Source of the DNA: Nageia nagi
Taxonomy: Eukaryota; Plantae; Pinophyta
Direction of reading: 5' to 3'
Assembly: GCA_050084985.1 (NCBI GenBank)
Contig: JBITNC010000002.1
Location: 31,248,001-31,312,000, forward strand
Length of the DNA stretch: 64,000 nucleotides
Shown here in pieces: positions 39,001-48,321 of the stretch. The notes under the pieces were generated by a model. That model made no database searches. It was not told where the DNA came from and worked only from the letters and a program-made list of their open reading frames with translations. The position numbers and the translations under genes were made by a program. The number at the start of each line of letters is the position of its first letter. Position 1 is the stretch's first letter.

Positions 39001-42000
39001 AACTCCTGCAAGGATGGTTCATCAACAAGCAAAAAAACCCACTAAAGCTGCAGCATCAGGTTCACAAAGTTGAATCTTAACATGCACACAGTCAAAGTGT
39101 TCTTAGCTGCAAAAAGTTTGAAGAAGATTTCATGTATTCCATTCCATACACAGTAATGGGGCACAAAATCCACTACAAATTAGAAAAATGTAGAATTCAA
39201 TGATTCCATATAAAAATTTTCTCACTATCTAGGACCTTCAACCACTTTGCACTTATAGGTTCATTCATAGGTGGTTCAGAACCTCTGACAATAGAAGACC
39301 ACAAACCAGCAACTCCCATTCACAAAAGAATGTTTAGCACGTAAGTTAGCAAATAAAGTGACAGAGTTCCTGAGGTTCTTCCTGGGCTACGGAAGGAAGG
39401 CAAAATCGTATTGGAATGAATACCTATGTAGAGAACAAAAAAAATCAAGCCTTCATTTGGTAATCATCATTGTGAAATACATTTCTTGCTTCATTGTATT
39501 TAGAGGTTTACCAGGATGACATTTGGGATATGATTTAAGAACTTTATCAGTCAAACACTTCAAATTTAATGGTTATCGTTTCCACTCCATTTCGTGGGTT
39601 TTTCATTAGTTCTTTCAGTGGATTTATTTTATTGTTAAATCACAAAGAAAATATCATTACAAAAATAATTACCTGATGGAAAACATCAACAAAACTTAAA
39701 TATTCATTGTAAATTCAGAATGAGAATTCTAGGCAGAAGTTCAGATTTCTGTCTCCCTCTTCAACTCTAGAAGTAATTATCATTTAAAAATTGTAACCAA
39801 CATAAGATCATCCCTGAGTTGTATGAGCTCTAGAAGAAGTAAAATTTTAAGCATAAGCCCCTATATCTGTGCTATGGATTTACTGTAGAAAGGACAAAAA
39901 GGATTTTCGGGATATTCATCTTCAAAGAAACATCACATATGGGGACTTCTTATAAACTCCTTTCACATCAAAGAGAGCCAAGAGGCATAGCAGAAACTAA
40001 AAGATTCCTTAACAGGTGTAAACATAAATACTCAAGTTTCAACATAGTGAAACATCAATTGTTTCAAGGTACAAGGGTGGGTAAATTATTTTTCTACAGA
40101 ATTGCCACCCAAGGTCCTTTGGCTAACATACGTAAATGCATAAATGATAGAGTCATAAATCCAAAGAGTTGATAAACATCTGTAGATGATACAGTTACAA
40201 GTAATTTGAAAAGACTCCAGTATGATTTTTTTGACCTGTCAAAAACAAAGTGGGAAATAAATTGAACTAAAGTTTTTTGATTATCATTTTCAAACGTTTA
40301 TAAAAGATCAAACTTGTACTTCTCCAACTCATCAACAGCTTATGTTTGGAATGTTCACCAAACACGATAGTGATATAATGCTGCTAAAGCCAAGGTTATT
40401 GGTTAGTTCCCTATACAAACAATACACTGAAAATAAATATAATATTCCACCCTGCTTTATTAAGCCAGCTTTAAATAAAAAGTTTTACTACATTTCTCTC
40501 CAACATATCAAGATGAATACATTCAGCTGAATGACTATGCTTTAGCATCTACTTTCATTGTAGTATTTGAAACAGTATCAAGACGAAATTTGAAAAATAG
40601 AAGATTACCAAGTTTGTTGTGTGTCATATCCAGAGTACGTACAGCTCTTTCAAGCTCCAAAACTTCAGTGGGTATGACCTGTGCCACATGCAAAATATTT
40701 CAAACATTTTTTCAGATAAATAAAAGATCTTCATAAACTGATTCATCTTAAATGTTTTTATCTTAAAAGCTTTGCAATATCATGTCATTTCTTCCACTGA
40801 TTATAATTATTCTAGATCTTATCACCATCAAAATACAATAGAATGCAACACAAGTCTTATGAACAAGCACCGACTTCAGTGGTCAAAGAACAGTGAAAAG
40901 TGAGATTTTTCCAACAACAAAAAATAGAATAGAAGAAGATATCAAGTGTTAAAAAGTAAGTTGCACCATTTTTTCTACCAAGCAACAATGGCTGCAATTC
41001 CTGATAAGAGTGAGATTGATCAGCCCTGCATGTGAAACTTTATTTAAATGATAAATTTTAGTATCTACAACTGTTAAAGTTCCTTGCAACAATCTCCACA
41101 CTATGTCAAACATCCATTTTTAAGTCATAAATCAAGGCATAGATTTCAAACTCTTCTGATCATGAAAAAAGACCAGAAAATGCCTTTAAAAGTCTTAGTG
41201 ATAACTGATAAGCCATCAACTAACATTTATATCAACTTTCACAAATGAAATGGACAGTATGAAAGTGACTCATTATGCATATTATAATCTCCAGTCCCAT
41301 ATGTTGTTTTATTCATATTCAAAAAATAATATATTTTCTTCATTAGTTATCTTTACTTATTTCTCTGCATCAAGCAGAGACTGCATTTCTAAACTACACA
41401 GGCATCTACAGAACAGAAGATTTATCCAATATCCAATTAATGGAAGAAGAAAATAATGGGAAAAAGTATTGTACTTACTTGGTTACATATTAAGTCCTGT
41501 AGCTGGGGTAAAATGATGTGGTGATGTGAGGCATAGTTAAGAAAAAGGCCGAGATAAGACCAAAGACCATGATCTTATTTATCTGAAGCGACATGTAAGA
41601 ATATCCAACAAAGTTGTTCACTATTCTCAATTCCTGATTACATAATACAAAAGTTGTTTATTAGCATCACTTTCATGTATAATTAAAGAACTTTATTTCG
41701 AAGTTCGTGAATGTCCCTTTTCTAGAGTCATGTCAGATTCCTTCTACTCTTGAAAATTTGTACAGTATAGTTTAAATTATTAAAACTATCATTTCACTAA
41801 TCAACAAAAGCACCTAAAGGTCCAAAATCATCCAAGTCTATGATTCTCTGGAGTAATATCTGGAAATTACCGTAGGTGGTCATCACCTCTCTGCAAATCA
41901 CTTGTAGATTCTAGTTTCCATCCTTACAAGCTGAGCTTGGTAGTCCCATATTCAACCCATTCAATATCCTCTGTTTTCTGCCAATATTTTTAAATTATTG

Positions 42001-44826
42001 GAAAAGTATATGATATGAAAGCAGGTATAACATTCCAGGCATTTCATATATTTCAGGAATATATCATTGAAGGTAAAATATTGAGATTGGTACTATAAAT
42101 CAACCAACTGTAAGAAATTTTGTGTTATTCTTCTCTTTCTGCCTATTTGTTGATTTAATGTGTACTTGTGTAAATTTTGTGTCCAACCAAAGATATGGAA
42201 AGAGCTCCTAACAAAAAACTTGATAACTTATACATTTGAAATAGTCAGCAGGAAGAAGACTTAATATGTGGAAACCTAAACCATTAAATAAGTCACACGG
42301 TGCTTAGGTGAATAGATGATTACTTTTAACCAATAAAAATCACTACCTACTATAGATTGCTACAGACATTGGGGTCCAAATTCATTTCTAGGGCCCACAT
42401 GCAAAGCTTGGAAATACTTTTCATTTGGTTCATGTGCAATGTTCAAATGGTTACCTTGCACAAATAGTTTTGCGGCATCGATGAAGAGAACACTTCTTGG
42501 AATCTCCCCTCTCTTTCTATAAATGTGAAATCACAATGAATAAACAAAATCTTTAAGCAGAAGGTTCTCAAACTCAAAGTAATGCTGGAGAACATAGTAG
42601 ATCCTGTTACGCAAAAAGAAAAATTGCATAGATAATAAAATTGGCAGCAGAAGAAAACAACATCAAAACAACTTAACATGATAAGAAGCTCAGAAAAGTG
42701 TCTATCTATAAGCTTAGATGGATTGGGAAAGGCTTGATCATCTGCAAGCTTGCTCAAAGGGTTGAACCTCATGGTTTTACAAATTTGAACTGATCAGTAT
42801 CTGGTAAAGTGCTAAGTTCCCTTGTTCTCACAATAGGATCTCATAGGTCTATAGCATTCTAACTAGTCTGTGGCCTAGAAACTCATATATGTCTTTTACC
42901 TTTGTATTAGGAACCACTTTTTCTATTTCAGCACACATCAAATCACTTCACATGCATTCACACTCCATGAGAAATAAAATAGTTAGGGTTGTGATCAATT
43001 ATGATTTCAATATTGCTCATTTATGATTTGGATATTGTTTGTACACATTTTCTATATTGATCATATTAAAACAATCAAGACCTCTATGAATACTTTAGAA
43101 ATTCAGTCAGTCTGGAACCCATAAATTTATGATGGTTAGCGATGTGCACACTGATAATAAACCCAATTCATTTTAAATGTCAAATTAAATTGAATGTTGT
43201 CCTTACACACTTTTGATAAATGTGCAAGCAGGCTGCTGAAGTTTTTTGTGGCATAAGAAATATTCAGAGAGGAAAACTTGAACCCTGATGGGGTGACTGT
43301 TGAATCAAGTCTCAAGAAAGTGTACCCTAAAGTACCCAGGAAAATCACCAATGGTAAAAAGGATAAGAAAATTGTTTCCCAGCTTATTGGATATTTAAGC
43401 GTTAACAATCCTAAAATTGTGATTGTTAATCACTATGTTTGAGTCTACACAACCCTATAGTAGTTTCATTCAGTCATTCCAAGCATGGGAGAAATCAGTA
43501 AATAAATGAGTGGCTTGACAATAATGTAAAATCTGATGTAGGACTACGGAAATAGCTAATCTTGAGGAAATTTTCTAGTTTTGATCTTGAAAATCAATCT
43601 AGAATTATCTAGATTTCTGATAGAGACACAAAGCTCCAAAATCCTTTCTAAACACAAAGAGCTGAGCAAAATTTAATTATTGAAATTGTCACGAAAACAC
43701 TATGCTTGTAAGGCCTACAAGAAAATTGCATGGTGGGGAGAAACACCCTCTCCTAGAAATGAAGAAACCTATATCTTCTATATTGAGAGCAGAGGTGATT
43801 TTCTTTGGAGCCCATTTTAGTACTAGCTGAGAGAAGATATGCCAATCCCCTGTTTTACAACTCCCCTGTGATAAGATGAGTTCAAAGATGCGAATTCCAT
43901 AAACAAGATGTGAAACAACATGCATTTGCCGGCATAAATAGCTATCCATAAGAATCACATATAAAAAATCATATTATCTGCGTGACCAAGGCCACAACTG
44001 CATTTCTTATCTCATCGGAGAGCCACTGCTTACTACCTTTATTTTTCCTTGTTAATCATCAATAATACCATGCTTTATTTTTCCTTCTTAAAGACCAATA
44101 ATATCATGTCATCTAACAATACCTGTTTGGGTATCCAATATATGCTTACATGCTTTAAATGAACTGCTTCCCATTTTTATTGTTGGATCTGATGGTTATT
44201 TTTCATTTGATTGGAAAAGCAATCCGACTTGGAGGGGCAATAAAGTGTCCTCTAGGAACTAAGATAAATAAGTATGACCCAAGACAGCCAACAGGATCAG
44301 CGTCAAGTTGAAGTATCATTACTCTCTATTCCCATTTTTTATTGTTGTCTTATATTTCCCATCTTCATGTTCCTAAACATAACAAATTCAAAAATTTGAA
44401 ACTACTCCATTTATCATGCTCCGCATCACTAGAGCTGAGAATCAGGTCTTGTGAACTAGTCATCAGCTAAGTTCACAACACGAGCATATGCCTAATTAGA
44501 TTCTGTTATCAAAATACGATTAATAATAACTAAGCTCTACTGATTCGAAAAGGCAATCCACCCCACAACATACAGATGCAGTAGCCAATTGAAAAGCGTT
44601 ATAATTTTATTAATATACTCGGTTCTTGAAGACACTATTGTAAACTTCACATTTCCTATAAAAAAGCGCATCTTGTAAAATATTCTCCTAAGTTCCATAT
44701 CCTAAACAAGATTCAGATTAGGATTACCTTCAAATTAGAATCTCTGAGACCCACAATTCCAGTGGAACGCCATCTTGCAGCATCCCTAACATTAACCTTG
44801 CCTCTCTTGCTCATGCAAGTCCCCAT
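2977..44826 (-). CDS. Spliced gene (9 exons, 261 aa): plant intracellular leucine-rich-repeat protein, LRRC57/At5g07910/PIRL7-like; join(complement 44728-44826,40609-40678,33931-33977,33608-33716,33177-33262,25355-25445,4428-4513,3220-3306,2977-3087)
   Basis: Manually assembled exons give MGTCMSKRGKVNVRDAARWRSTGIVGLRDSNLK-VIPTEVLELERAVRTLDMTHNKL-VEISLEIGSLVNLQRL-ILSENHLQRLPITLGKLQSLKVLALDDNRLTTLPDE-LGLLVRLERLSISGNSLISLPETIGSLRN-LVQLNVSNNRLKFLPESIGSCFSLEELLAN-GNSIKDLPMSVCRLLNIKSLALSNNNISQ-LPQNLLSDCRSLQSILLHENPISMEQFQQ-MAGFEEFESRRKRKFDKQIDSNVLMNSRGLDEGLDL*. All introns are GT..AG, phases are consistent and there are no stops. LxxLxLxxNxLxxLP repeats are present. Family assignment is from recalled similarity (RWRSTGIVxLRD N-terminus, FDKQIDSNV C-terminus), not a search. 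Confidence 0.93.
3220..3306 (-). CDS. LRR gene exon 8
   Basis: TACAG| acceptor, 87 nt LPQNLLSDCRSLQSILLHENPISMEQFQQ, donor CAG|GTAAAG. Confidence 0.92.
4428..4513 (-). CDS. LRR gene exon 7
   Basis: TTTTCAG| acceptor, 86 nt, donor CAG|GTAATC. Confidence 0.92.
5275..6636 (+). mobile_element. Probable solo LTR (TGTGATGTCCC...GGACATTA)
   Basis: LTR-like termini and a TATA-like CTATTTAAGAGG; no matching TSD found and right end approximate. Confidence 0.5.
7347..10420 (+). mobile_element. Non-autonomous Copia-like LTR element (short LTRs 7347-7483 and 10214-10420) inserted in the Ty3 protease
   Basis: Direct repeats TGTTAGAAATATT...CATTTCCAATA, tRNA-iMet PBS remnant at 7484, PPT CGGAGGGG before 10214, degenerate TSD TCAGT/TCAAC; host protease frame (NHPQ|P.P..W) continues on both sides. 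Confidence 0.82.
7494..8460 (-). mobile_element. Solo LTR (TGTAATGTCCCC family) inserted within a PBS
   Basis: TGTAAT...GGGGACATTAAA termini; flanks TTAGA/TCAAA both derive from TCAGA of TGGTATCAGAGC. Confidence 0.75.
10421..13727 (+). pseudogene. Ty3/gypsy pol pseudogene (PR-RT-RH-INT)
   Basis: ORF fragments 11021-11602 (WRMCIDYKALN, LDLRSGYHQVRI, YLDD) and others; many stops and frameshifts. Confidence 0.9.
13767..14499 (+). repeat. 3' LTR of CRM-like element
   Basis: Follows purine tract GAGGTAGGCG; TGATC/GATCA termini; partial second copy at 6692-7097. Confidence 0.8.
15836..18183 (-). mobile_element. Complete non-autonomous Copia-like element (LTRs 15836-16061 and 17951-18183) with gag N-terminal remnant
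   Basis: Perfect TSD TACTT (15831-15835, 18184-18188), degenerate iMet PBS 17938-17949, PPT GAGGGGGAAA 16062-16071, gag remnant from ATG 16851 (..LLLIEKEFWDVVNGTTPKP). Confidence 0.88.
19368..19883. repeat. Tandem array of ~9 x 58-59 bp palindromic units (degenerate copies extend ~18800-20510)
   Basis: Unit GCACCATTTTGAAGGCTTAAAAGTTTAAGATTTTTTGAGGTGCGAATTCCCTCTAGTC. Confidence 0.95.
20907..23275 (+). mobile_element. Internally deleted Copia element (5' LTR 20907-21155, gag 5' end from 22954, partial 3' LTR ~23143-23275)
   Basis: PBS TGGTATCTGAGC 21157-21168, gag LTGKDNWPEWSRKIKHTLIFNDLW, LTR repeat, TSD CAAAC/CAAGC. Confidence 0.85.
21445..21880. repeat. ~215-bp tandem duplication in Copia leader
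   Basis: Two near-identical copies beginning TTGTTT(T)AGAAAGGAGAA. Confidence 0.9.
25355..25445 (-). CDS. LRR gene exon 6
   Basis: GCAG| acceptor, 91 nt, donor ATG|GTACTT. Confidence 0.92.
27516..27582. repeat. 34-bp tandem duplication
   Basis: TCACTATCATTCTAGTCATGTCTCTCGCTAGTT x2. Confidence 0.9.
28218..31530 (-). mobile_element. Solo LTR (TGTAATGTCCCC family, ~970 bp net) inserted in Copia protease region
   Basis: TGTAATGTACCC...GGGGACATTACA with perfect TSD ATAGT. Confidence 0.88.
28323..30658 (+). mobile_element. Solo LTR (2336 bp, TGTTG...CAACA) nested in the previous solo LTR
   Basis: Perfect TSD CCATC (28318-28322, 30659-30663); no coding domains. Confidence 0.9.
33177..33262 (-). 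CDS. LRR gene exon 5
   Basis: ACAG| acceptor, 86 nt, donor AAT|GTAAGA. Confidence 0.92.
33608..33716 (-). CDS. LRR gene exon 4
   Basis: CCAG| acceptor, 109 nt, donor AAT|GTAGGT. Confidence 0.92.
33931..33977 (-). CDS. LRR gene exon 3
   Basis: TGCAG| acceptor, 47 nt, donor TTG|GTAAGA. Confidence 0.9.
34939..35168. repeat. ~115-bp tandem duplication in intron 2 (degenerate third copy ~34820-34910)
   Basis: CTTCCCATTGCGAAGCTTTCTGGA...CCAATTTTGCATCACC x2. Confidence 0.88.
35738..38234 (-). mobile_element. Decayed hAT DNA transposon (BED finger / DUF659-type transposase remnant)
   Basis: TIRs CATAGTTGTGAAAT / ATCTCACAACTATG, degenerate 8-bp TSD GTTGGAAA/AGTGGAAC, minus-strand CNYCVKVIHGGINYVKYHLAHI and MGYLYEA...QLHKPIH...YLN. 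Confidence 0.85.
40609..40678 (-). CDS. LRR gene exon 2
   Basis: CAG| acceptor, 70 nt VIPTEVLELERAVRTLDMTHNKL, donor TTG|GTAATC. Confidence 0.92.
41873..42235 (+). repeat. ~360-bp dispersed repeat, copy 1 (intron 1)
   Basis: Colinear with 47017-47381 (e.g. TAGTTTCCATCCTTACAAGCT, ATAAATCAACCAACT, CTTGATAACTTATACAT). Confidence 0.88.
44728..44826 (-). CDS. LRR gene exon 1 (MGTCMSK...RDSNLK)
   Basis: ATG at 44826, 99 nt, donor AAG|GTAATC. Confidence 0.9.
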
Positions 44827-47016
44827 TCTTGATCTCACAACCAACGCCAATCCTTGAAATAAAATTTTAGTGTTCTCTTCTACCAACAAAGCAAAGAAAA
44901 ATTTCACAAACTGTATTGATGTCTTCTGGTGATCAAAACAGGTGAATGGAACTCAAAAACATCTCCAAATAATCTGGACAAAGCTACCCACATGTTAAAA
45001 AATGACATAAAAACTAAATTTCAACACTTGAAGATGTGCGTACTCCAACAAATCCATAATTTCATTTTTGTGCGAAGTTCCTGCACTTGAAGGGATCCCG
45101 AGTCTCACCTATCTCTAGACCCACATAACCCCTTCAATCCCAATTACAAGTTTCTCTCTTCCGTGCAGCAATTCTCAGATTTCTAAACGAAGCAAATCAT
45201 CAAATTCATTATTGGTTACCTCCACCCGTTTTTTGTGGGTCAATTTTACCTGGATTGGAACATGTATTAGCCTTAATGGGGAAGGTACAACCAAATCAAT
45301 GTAAGCGCTAACCTACATTCCAAGCATTAAACCAAATTCAAACTCCTTGCATAGTTTATTGCATTTATCTTCGTGTAGTGCTTGTAGGATTTCTGTGGAC
45401 AAACCAGCTAAGGTTTTGTTCAAATGGGGATTAGACCGAGTTCCATCCATGGTTTCCTGTTCTGATTTAGAGTAATGTTTGGCATTGATTTTAATTTTAA
45501 TATTTCCGTTTGAAGTGGTCAAAGTTTCAGGGATCAAATTTGACCAGATTGGTTAATCTTTACAAGAGTGTGTTTTAATTATAATTTTGTAAAAGACCTC
45601 CAAATAAATTGTTATAGCATTTTTCAAGACCATTATAATATATTTTATAACTACATTGATAATAATATTAGAGAATCATTATAATGTTTTTCAGAATTAT
45701 TATAATAATGTCTCGATTTTATGGGATTGGAAGGAGTACATTGTATCATTCTTAGTGGGATTTGAACATGGAATATTTTGTCAAACACGGTAACAACATG
45801 ATCAACTAACAACAAAAGAATTCATTTGTTATTTGTGCATAGTTTAACAATAATCATAGTTGAAATTGATCTATAACTATAATATTTGTATAAATGGATG
45901 GTTAATCAATAACTCGTTTTTTCATATTTTGATATTTATTATATATTTTTTATGACTAATATATTTGTGTGATATTTACTGTATCTTTTTTTGGTAATTT
46001 TATTTAATTATATTTATGTATAAAAAGCATTCATTGAATTATAATTGAAATCAATTTATAACTAGCTTTGATATAACCCCTTATATATCAAAAAATGTCG
46101 AGAGATATCATTCTCGATATGTTTATCTTGGATATAGTAAATGGTTACATAGCTGAATTCTAATTAATTTTATTTTGTGATTTGAAATTTATTAAACATT
46201 TCATTTATATATATAAAATATTTATTAAAATTAATATAGTTGACTTTGTATTAAAATTTTAATAAAATCAAAATAGTTGGTCAAATGTTTATGACATTTT
46301 GGCTCCCCACCCCTTGGCTACCATTGTAGTTACACCTCTCGATGTAATTATGGCCATGTTTCAACTTTTATATTCGTAATTCAATTTATAAACATTATGA
46401 GCTCAAATATCTTAAAAAATGTATTTAGAAAAGAAACTATAAAATTGATACTTTTGGGTATTTTCTCATATATATTTAAGATATTTGTACTAGTCTTTAT
46501 TTCAATTACTTGAATTAAAAACTCAAGATTTGACCTCTCATCTAGGATCACACTTTTTAAATATGAATCCTTCAAAACCCATCCATTGATACAAGTAATT
46601 TCTATATCTATTTTTCTTATTTTAAAGCTTATAAGAGTCGTTTATTATCCTTTTAAACTCATTTATTTGTATGACCTATAAAAGTCTATCCAAAAGTAAA
46701 TATATATCAAAAGTATTTGAATGATTGATAGAATAAGTAGATAGGAGTCTTTTAATATCCTTTTAAACCCATTGGTTTGTAGGACTTAAAAATGTTTGTC
46801 TATAAGTAAATATATTAATTAAATATTTGAATGACGTTAAATGTAAATTTTACATTTATTAGTATTTCAAAAAATGTTAGAAAAATAATAAATTTGATCA
46901 ACGTATTAAAATAAATAAATTGTCAAACAATGAGCATCTGATGTCGCCTTGATAACAATGAACCACTTGTTGTCGGTTCGATAACAACAAGCCTTACAAT
47001 GGGAATATGCCTTGCA

Positions 47017-47381
47017 TAGGTGGTTGTCACCTAAACCTCTCTATAAATCACTTGTAGCTTATAGTTTCCATCCTTACAAGCTAATCTTGGTAGTCTCATA
47101 TTCAACATCCTTTATTTTCATGCCAATGTTTTTTAAATTGTTAAAAGAGCATATGATATGGAAGTAGGTGTAACATTTCAATAAGGTATTTCATGTATTT
47201 CAGGAATCTATTATTGAAAGTAGCATATTAAGATTGGTATTATAAGTATAAATCAACCAACTATAAGAAATTTTGTGTTATTTATTTTGTTACTTGTTGA
47301 TTTAATGGGTACTCATGTAAATTTTATGTCCAAGCGAATATATGAAAAGAGCTCCTATGAAGTTCTTGATAACTTATACAT
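47017..47381 (+). repeat. ~360-bp dispersed repeat, copy 2 (upstream of gene)
   Basis: Direct-orientation copy of 41873-42235. Confidence 0.88.
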
Positions 47382-47382
47382 A

Positions 47383-47790
47383 CTAGACCACAAACAAGCT
47401 TTGGAGGTGGGTGATTTGAAGTAGTTTTGGTACGATAATTTTTAACCATCTCATTTTTGGGTTTTTTTTGTAGTTTTTAGGGGAAATTTTAAAACACCCC
47501 CTAAATCATAAGGAAGTATGTAAAAATCATCCCTTAATGTAAACCAAAAATAATAATAAAATCCCACATGGAGAACTTAAGCAGGCACTTATAATATTTC
47601 AAGTTTTTTTAGGAAGAGTAATCAGGGGGGTAGAGCACTTTACTTCTACCATTTCGAGCTCATGAGAGGGTCAGAGTACTTAGAGAGAGAGAGAGAGTTA
47701 AGTAGAGCCAAGGGGGTTGAGTAGAGCCAAGTTGAGGGGGTTGTAGAGAGCACCCAACAAGTATTCTCTTATGTATATTATTAAGTAATT
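47383..47790 (-). mobile_element. Possible small non-autonomous Helitron-like element
   Basis: Minus strand ends GTGGTCTAG|T where repeat copy 2 stops; AT-rich TACTTAATAATATACATAAG start; 3' hairpin weak. Confidence 0.3.
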
Positions 47791-48321
47791 ATCATGCTTC
47801 TATAATAAAAGTCTTTAGGGTATTTTTCATAAAACCCATTTTGTATGTATCCTGCAATCATTGCATACGATGAAATTATATTTTCATCATGCATCTTGTC
47901 AAATAATTCATGGGCCTTGTGTATTCTTCCACATTTTGCATGCATGTCTATTAGTGCATTTAAAACTACAACATTTGATTTATAGGCACCAAGTAGACAC
48001 ATCCACACACCTAATTCAAGTTTTATGGGTATTTTGGAAATGAAGTTCAAAGCTCCCTCAAGATAGCTTGCACAAATAGGAAGGTTAACAATGCATGTAA
48101 AATGATTCATCTCAAGAATAATGCAATAAGAGTCTCTCATGTTGTAAAGATTTGTTTTGTATTTTGCATACATATTTATTAGGGAATTCAAAATCGTAAC
48201 ATTCAATTTATAAGCACCAATTAGACACATCCGCACAACCAATTCATGTTTTATGAGTATTTTGGCAATGAAGTTTAAAGCTCCCTCATTATAGCCTACA
48301 TGACTAAGAAGGTCAACAATG
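47781..48321 (-). pseudogene. Scrambled PLS-class pentatricopeptide-repeat (PPR) gene fragment
   Basis: NALIDMHAKCGRIHKAHELFDKM...AMIAGYIQNG and HFTCIVNL...ALNFISKIPIK...VWMCLLGA motifs, duplicated and out of order. Confidence 0.82.

Noticed and set aside
38300-39400. Possible old Copia end / LTR fragment (…GGAGGAATCA-TGTTAGAG on minus)
   Set aside because: No second LTR, PBS, TSD or clear coding motif
43200-43330. PPR-like peptide (EENLNPDGVTVESSL) in intron 1
   Set aside because: Too short and degenerate to support
44713-44907. ORF-track extension upstream of MGTCMSK
   Set aside because: Starts at a non-ATG codon; ATG 44826 gives the acylation motif and the expected family length
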